53,195 bases of DNA from Acidobacteriota bacterium (GTDB taxonomy: Bacteria; Acidobacteriota; Blastocatellia; RBC074), in the NCBI GenBank assembly GCA_043718445.1, contig JAYSVR010000216.1, positions 1-53,195 on the forward strand, written 5' to 3'. Below, in pieces: positions 48,343 through 53,195 of this stretch. Numbering within the stretch: the stretch's first letter is position 1; each line of letters starts with the position of its first letter. The position numbers and the translations under genes are program-made. The notes under the pieces were generated by a model. It saw only the letters and a list, made by a program, of their open reading frames with translations. It did not search any database and had not been told where the DNA came from.

Positions 48343-49362
48343 ATGCTGCCCCATCTCATCAACTACAGTCCAATTCGCACCCTCATACTTTTGGCCCTCG
48401 TCTGCGGCATGATTGCTATAGGCGTCGTCCAAGCTCAGAAAGCAAAAGGCAGCCGCACTGTCTATCTGCTTACCCGCGACGGCAAGGTGTTGGTGGGTAG
48501 ACTTTCCACAGGCGGCTTCACGGTGAACGAAAGCCCCTCCCGCTCCGTGGGGGTTGAGACAGTGCTTTCGATCAATCTTGGGCAAGAGGCAAGCCCGTAT
48601 GAAGCAGCGCGCATCACCGCCGATCTGGCCGCCGTTCAGGGCACCGACCGGCAGGCGCGTGACGCAGCGGTGGCGGAGTTGACCGACATCGGGCTGCCAG
48701 CATTCACGCCTGTACTCAACGCCTACAAAGATCGTGACCTGCGCGAGCCGGACGCGCTCTATCGCCTCTTCGCTCGCTTGATGCCCGGCTATGCTGACGC
48801 GTCAGATCGCTCGCTTGATCTGATTCGGCTGAAAAATGGCGACGCCTTGCGCGGTAGGCTGGGAATATCATCGCTCACGATTCAGCCGACGGGCGGGGCG
48901 GCGATGAAGGTTTCGCTCGCTGAGCTTCGTTCGCTGGCGATACGGCAGAACGTGATCGAGAAAACTTTTGACGTGCATGCGCTCAGGCACTGCACCCAGA
49001 TCGAATTCCTCGACACCGGCGTCATCATTGGCCCCAACTCGCGCGTCGAAGCGACCGCCGCCGGATATGTGCGCCTCTCCTTCGCCATTGATGGCTGGGC
49101 CGCTGATCCCGATGGAATCAAAGTACCGGGGCCGAATTACAAGACGAATCTGGTGGATGGCTTTCCCTTTGGCGCACTGGTCGGCAAGGTCGGCGTCGCC
49201 GCGCCGCGCTTCATCGTAGGGCGTCGGCTGGACAAAACCGGTTTGGGTGAAGGCCGCCTTTATCTCGCCGTCAACGACAACGGACATTGGCAAAACAACA
49301 TCGGCAGCTTTCGCGTGAAGCTGCGCGTGAGAGATGCTTATGACGTGGGCGATCCGCAGTAG
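48343..49362 (+). CDS. Exported hypothetical protein with C-terminal LecA/PA-IL-like beta-sandwich
   Basis: GGGAG RBS; signal peptide; DTGV......V...A.G, GALVGKVG....F.VG and GRLYLAVND.....N.GSFRV pattern. Confidence 0.6.
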   Translation: MLPHLINYSPIRTLILLALVCGMIAIGVVQAQKAKGSRTVYLLTRDGKVLVGRLSTGGFTVNESPSRSVGVETVLSINLGQEASPYEAARITADLAAVQGTDRQARDAAVAELTDIGLPAFTPVLNAYKDRDLREPDALYRLFARLMPGYADASDRSLDLIRLKNGDALRGRLGISSLTIQPTGGAAMKVSLAELRSLAIRQNVIEKTFDVHALRHCTQIEFLDTGVIIGPNSRVEATAAGYVRLSFAIDGWAADPDGIKVPGPNYKTNLVDGFPFGALVGKVGVAAPRFIVGRRLDKTGLGEGRLYLAVNDNGHWQNNIGSFRVKLRVRDAYDVGDPQ

Positions 49363-49388
49363 GTCAAAGAGCTTCTTGACTAACGCTT

Positions 49389-49613
49389 ATGAGTACGAAA
49401 CAGCAATTTGTCATTTGCATTAAAAACGAAGACTATCCAGCTTCGTTACAGTTATGGAAAGTTTATCGCGTGTTACCTGACGAAAAGGGCGCACGACATA
49501 ACGTGATTCGCGTCGTTGATGAATCGGGCGGAGATTATCTTTTTTCGGCGAGTTACTTCGTTCCGGTGAGGTTACCGTTGGCAGTGAAATCAGCGATTCT
49601 TGCAACGGCGTAG
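49389..49613 (+). CDS. Small conserved hypothetical protein (SH3-like, antitoxin-like)
   Basis: FVICIKN..YPASL...KVY.VL.D......IRVVDESG.DYLF...YF; 74 aa. Confidence 0.7.
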   Translation: MSTKQQFVICIKNEDYPASLQLWKVYRVLPDEKGARHNVIRVVDESGGDYLFSASYFVPVRLPLAVKSAILATA

Positions 49614-49621
49614 AGGTAAAG

Positions 49622-49861
49622 ATGAACAAGATCAAGTTATTTGATGTCGTCGCTTTGACGGAAGACCTGCCGAAATACAAGTTGCGGCGTGGCGAAATCG
49701 GCGCGGTCGTCGAAGTTCATCCAACCGGCAGCTATGAAGTCGAGTTTGTTTCACAAGATGGACACACTTACGCTTTGATCGCAGCCAAGAAAGAGCAACT
49801 CATCGCGCTAAGACAGAAACCACTGCATACGACCCGCAAATTAGTTCCTGCGGCATTGTGA
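49622..49861 (+). CDS. DUF4926 domain protein
   Basis: [14 protein letters not shown]...L.RGEIG.VVEV.....YEVEF....G.TYA; GAGG RBS. Confidence 0.85.
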   Translation: MNKIKLFDVVALTEDLPKYKLRRGEIGAVVEVHPTGSYEVEFVSQDGHTYALIAAKKEQLIALRQKPLHTTRKLVPAAL

Positions 49862-49884
49862 TTAACAGAAAGAGGATTCACCAC

Positions 49885-51201
49885 ATGAAGACCATTCACA
49901 TCTCAACTCAAACCGCCCTCTCTCGCCGCAGCTTCTTGCGCGGAACCGGTGTCGCGCTCGGCTTGCCGTTGCTCGACGCGATGCTGCCTGCGTTTGCGCG
50001 CGCCGACAGCAAAGCCCAAGTGCCGCGCCGCTTCCTGGCGATTTGCAACAACCTCGGCGTGCTGCCGTCGAAGTTTTTTCCGGCGGCGGATTCCAAAGGC
50101 TTCGGCTATCAACTTTCGCCTTACCTCGAAGAATTGCGCGCGCATCGCAATGAATTCACGGTCTTCAGCGGCGTTTGGCATCCTGACGTAGACGCGGGGC
50201 ATCCGGCAGACAATTGCTTTTTGACTGCCGCGCCGCACCCCAGCAGCGGAGGCTTTCGCAATACGATCTCACTCGATCAATTCGCGGCGGAACACATCGG
50301 CAATCAAACGCGCTTTCCTTCGCTCACGCTCGGCGTCAATATTCAGCAAGGTCAGCACAGCCTTTCGTGGACGAGCGGCGGCGTGTTGATTCCGTCAGAA
50401 GAAAAACCTTCCGAAATTTTCAAACGCATGTTCGTCACCGGCACGCCCGCTGAAGTCGAGGCGCAAATGCGCCGTCTGGCGTTGGGGCAAAGCGTGATGG
50501 ATTCGGTCGCCCAACAAACAACTCGGCTGCAAAAAAATATCGGCCCACGCGACCGCGAACGGTTGGATCAATACATGACTGGTGTGCGCGATCTTGAAAA
50601 ACGTTTGGGGCAAGCCGCCGAATGGGAGCAGAAACCCAAACCCGTCGTCAGCGCGCAATGTCCGACAGACACCGCTGCGCCGCGTGATTATTTTGAAAAG
50701 GTGAGATTGATGTATGACCTTGCCGCGCTGGCGTTTGAAACCGACTCGACACGGATCGTCGCGTTGATGCTCGACAGCGTGAATTCGCCCGCGATTACGA
50801 TTGGCGACGAGACAATGGCGGATAGTTATCACGCGATTTCGCATCACGGCAGGAAGCCTGAAAAATTGCGGCAGCACGAAATCGCCGACCGCATGCAAAT
50901 GAAGGCGCTCGATAAACTGTTCACCGATTTGAAAGCGCGCAAAGAAGGCAATGACACGCTGATGGATCGCACGATGGTGTTATACGGCACGAACATGGGT
51001 GACGCGAATACGCATGTGACGACGAACCTGCCGACGTTGTTTGCGGGCGGCGGATTCAAGCACGGACAGCATCTGGGCTTTGACCGCGAACGCAATTACC
51101 CACTGCCGAATCTGTTTGTGAATGTATTGCAACGGTTGGGCATCGAAGCTGATAAGTTTGCGACCAGCACCGGTACGATGCGCGGGCTTGAGGTGGCGTA
51201 A
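49885..51201 (+). CDS. DUF1552 (HXXSHH) domain Tat-exported protein
   Basis: [19 protein letters not shown]; ISLDQ.AA; LAF.TD.TR; YHAISHH; H...NLP...AGG. ATG 49885 with GAGGA RBS. Confidence 0.92.
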   Translation: MKTIHISTQTALSRRSFLRGTGVALGLPLLDAMLPAFARADSKAQVPRRFLAICNNLGVLPSKFFPAADSKGFGYQLSPYLEELRAHRNEFTVFSGVWHPDVDAGHPADNCFLTAAPHPSSGGFRNTISLDQFAAEHIGNQTRFPSLTLGVNIQQGQHSLSWTSGGVLIPSEEKPSEIFKRMFVTGTPAEVEAQMRRLALGQSVMDSVAQQTTRLQKNIGPRDRERLDQYMTGVRDLEKRLGQAAEWEQKPKPVVSAQCPTDTAAPRDYFEKVRLMYDLAALAFETDSTRIVALMLDSVNSPAITIGDETMADSYHAISHHGRKPEKLRQHEIADRMQMKALDKLFTDLKARKEGNDTLMDRTMVLYGTNMGDANTHVTTNLPTLFAGGGFKHGQHLGFDRERNYPLPNLFVNVLQRLGIEADKFATSTGTMRGLEVA

Positions 51202-51207
51202 AGCCTC

Positions 51208-51341
51208 AGAAAAATCAAAAGGTAAAAGGCAAAAGGCGAAAGGCAAAAATTCATTCGGAAGGCTGTGGCGCTTTATGAATAGAAAAAGATAAAGCGCCGA
51301 ACTTTTGATTTTTGCCTTTTGCCTTTTGCCTTTTGATTTCT
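51208..51341. repeat. Inverted heptamer arrays (caaaagg)n / (ccttttg)n with an inner hairpin
   Basis: aatcaaaaggtaaaaggcaaaaggcgaaaggcaaaaat ... atttttgccttttgccttttgccttttgattt; inner ggcgctttat / ataaagcgcc. Confidence 0.88.
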
Positions 51342-51347
51342 TAAACC

Positions 51348-52592
51348 ATGAATAAACCTACTTCCACTTCTTACGCGCGCACCGCGTGGCTCGTTGTAAT
51401 CCTGCTCATTCCGGTCGCGCTGTTGAATTATCTCGACCGGCAAATGATGGCGGCGATGAAGTCCTCGATGATGGGCGACATTCCTGACATCAGCACCAAA
51501 GCAAATTGGGGCTTTGTGCTCGGTTCGTTCAAATGGGTCTATGCGATTTTGAGCCCGGTAGGCGGTTATATGGCTGATCGCTTGAGCCGTCGCCATGTGA
51601 TTTGTTTGAGCTTGTTTGTCTGGTCGGCGGTTACGTGGGCGACGGGGCACGTCGGCAGCTATAACGAACTCGTAGCCGCGCGCGCGCTGATGGGCGTGAG
51701 CGAAGCCTTTTATATTCCGGCAGCTTTGGCGTTGATTACCGATTATCACCTGGGAGCTACGCGGTCGCGCGCAGTGGGCTTTCATCAGATGGGTATTTAT
51801 ATCGGTACGATTCTCGGCGGCTTTTCGGGCTACGTCGCTGACAGTCCGGCGTATGGCTGGCGCTGGATGTTTTCGTTGTGCGGCATCGTGGGAATTGTTT
51901 ACGCGCTTCCGTTGTTTGCGTTCTTGCGCAATGCGCCGCGTAGCGCCGATGCGCAGCCACAACCTTCGCCGATAAAAGCCGGGCGCGAGTTATTCACCAA
52001 CATCGGCTTCATCTTGCTCGTGTTGTATTTCACGCTGCCTGCGTTGGCGGGTTGGGTCGTGCGCGATTGGATGCCCGACATTTTGAAAGAGCAATTCGGA
52101 CTCGGACAGGGCAAGGCGGGCGTGTCGGCGGTGCTGTTTGTTCAAATCGCTTCGTTGGTTGGCGTACTCATCGGCGGCTGGCTGGCAGATCGTTGGATGC
52201 AGCGCAACATTCGCGGACGCATCTGGGTCAGCGCGCTCGGCATGACGTTTTTTCTGCCCGCGCTGTTTGGCGTGGGCAATGCCTCGACGTTGTTGATGGC
52301 CGTGTGTTTTTTGATGTTGTTCGGTTTGGGCTGGGGCTTTTTCGATTGCAACAACATGCCAATCCTTTGTCAACTTGTGCGGCCTGAGTTGCGGGCGACG
52401 GGTTACGGCCTGATGAATCTGGTGAGCATCAGTTGCGGTGGATTGGCTGATTGGGGTTTTGGCGCGTTGCGCGACCGACACGTTCCGCTGAATGTGATCT
52501 TCGGCGTATTCGCAGGCGTGGCGTTGCTGTCAGTATTCATCGTGTTACTGATCAAGCCGCGCAAAGAGTTGATGACGGTTGCGCCGTCTTAG
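51348..52592 (+). CDS. MFS transporter (anion:cation symporter / hexuronate-like)
   Basis: LNYLDRQ, G.MADR.SRR and R.LMG.SEA...PA motifs; about 12 hydrophobic segments. Confidence 0.9.
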   Translation: MNKPTSTSYARTAWLVVILLIPVALLNYLDRQMMAAMKSSMMGDIPDISTKANWGFVLGSFKWVYAILSPVGGYMADRLSRRHVICLSLFVWSAVTWATGHVGSYNELVAARALMGVSEAFYIPAALALITDYHLGATRSRAVGFHQMGIYIGTILGGFSGYVADSPAYGWRWMFSLCGIVGIVYALPLFAFLRNAPRSADAQPQPSPIKAGRELFTNIGFILLVLYFTLPALAGWVVRDWMPDILKEQFGLGQGKAGVSAVLFVQIASLVGVLIGGWLADRWMQRNIRGRIWVSALGMTFFLPALFGVGNASTLLMAVCFLMLFGLGWGFFDCNNMPILCQLVRPELRATGYGLMNLVSISCGGLADWGFGALRDRHVPLNVIFGVFAGVALLSVFIVLLIKPRKELMTVAPS

Positions 52593-53195
52593 CGACTCAC
52601 TAACCGATAGCTCACAAACGCCAACTGCTTGCTGTCGGGCGACCACGAAGGCACGTTCATAGTTCCTTGCCCGCCGAACAATTTCGCCAGCACTTGAATC
52701 TCTCCACCACCAACAGGCATCAGCCTGAGCATTACGTCTTTATTGGCCGGATGTCCGGTCACGTCTTTTTCATACGAGATGAACACCAGCCACTTGCCGT
52801 CGGGCGAAGGATGCGCAAACCAGTTGTTGTAATCGTCTTTGGTGATTTGCGTCTGCTCGCTGCCGTCGGGTTTCATCCGCCAGATTTGCATTAGCCCGGT
52901 ACGCACTGAGTTGAAATAGATGTACTGCCCGTCGTGCGAATACTCCGGCCCATCGTCCAAACCATCCGCCGTAGTCAATCGCCTCTCTTCACCGCCTTCG
53001 ACGGGAATCGCATATACGTCGTAATTGCCATTGCGGTCGGCGCAATAAACCAGCGTTTTGCCGTCAGGCGACCAGCCGTGCCAGTAAGACGGCGCAAGCT
53101 GCGTGATGCGTTTGGGCGTACCGCCGGTAATCGGCAGCGTATAAATTAACGATTGCCGCCGCTCCTGTGATTGATCGCTGATGACGAGTTGCGTG
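52589..53195 (-). CDS. TolB-like PD40/WD40 beta-propeller protein (5' partial)
   Basis: Frame is open to the window end; repeats [24 protein letters not shown] and PSWSPDSK. Confidence 0.88.
   Translation of the reverse strand, partial: TQLVISDQSQERRQSLIYTLPITGGTPKRITQLAPSYWHGWSPDGKTLVYCADRNGNYDVYAIPVEGGEERRLTTADGLDDGPEYSHDGQYIYFNSVRTGLMQIWRMKPDGSEQTQITKDDYNNWFAHPSPDGKWLVFISYEKDVTGHPANKDVMLRLMPVGGGEIQVLAKLFGGQGTMNVPSWSPDSKQLAFVSYRLVSR

Noticed and set aside
44564-49884. Integron cassette array
   Set aside because: No attC-like sites recurring after each gene and no integron integrase were seen. Kept only as a generic insertion hotspot.
168-53149. Many long antisense or alternate-frame ORFs (e.g. 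9821-10639, 25608-26597, 37961-38929, 39570-40451, 41010-41726)
   Set aside because: They overlap well-supported genes, are Arg/Ala-rich without motifs, and are expected shadows of GC-rich codon usage.

Overview
A ~56-58% GC (visual estimate) bacterial chromosomal segment. Gene content (Oar-like TonB-dependent receptors, an 'acido-empty' quinoprotein, planctomycete-type cytochrome/DUF proteins) suggests Acidobacteriota, possibly Blastocatellia; this is an inference. Most of 2.7-40 kb is on the minus strand and encodes exported carbohydrate/ester catabolism and periplasmic redox proteins: three TonB-dependent receptors, a PL10 pectate lyase, a CE15-like esterase, two carboxylesterases, a DUF1593 protein, two TIM-barrel epimerase/lyase-like proteins, a GMC dehydrogenase with a Tat small subunit and a pentaheme cytochrome, a quinoprotein with a diheme cytochrome, and three PQQ-like propellers. 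Highlights: (1) two split ORFs at 40.5-41.7 kb are one signal-peptide-bearing selenoprotein (WASW-U-GC, in-frame TGA followed by a SECIS-like hairpin); (2) six unrelated genes, including a low-GC OLD-like nuclease, separate the usually adjacent DUF1592 and DUF1552 genes, and a frameshifted, diverged copy of the DUF1552 5' end lies among them; (3) a circularly permuted ParB/Srx-like gene with a small partner gene sits inside an operon; (4) long, often nested palindromes built from REP-like units or 7/9/10-11-mer tandem units fill many intergenic gaps, and 7-mer arrays occur in frame inside one CDS. No rRNA, tRNA, CRISPR array, transposase or integrase was recognised.
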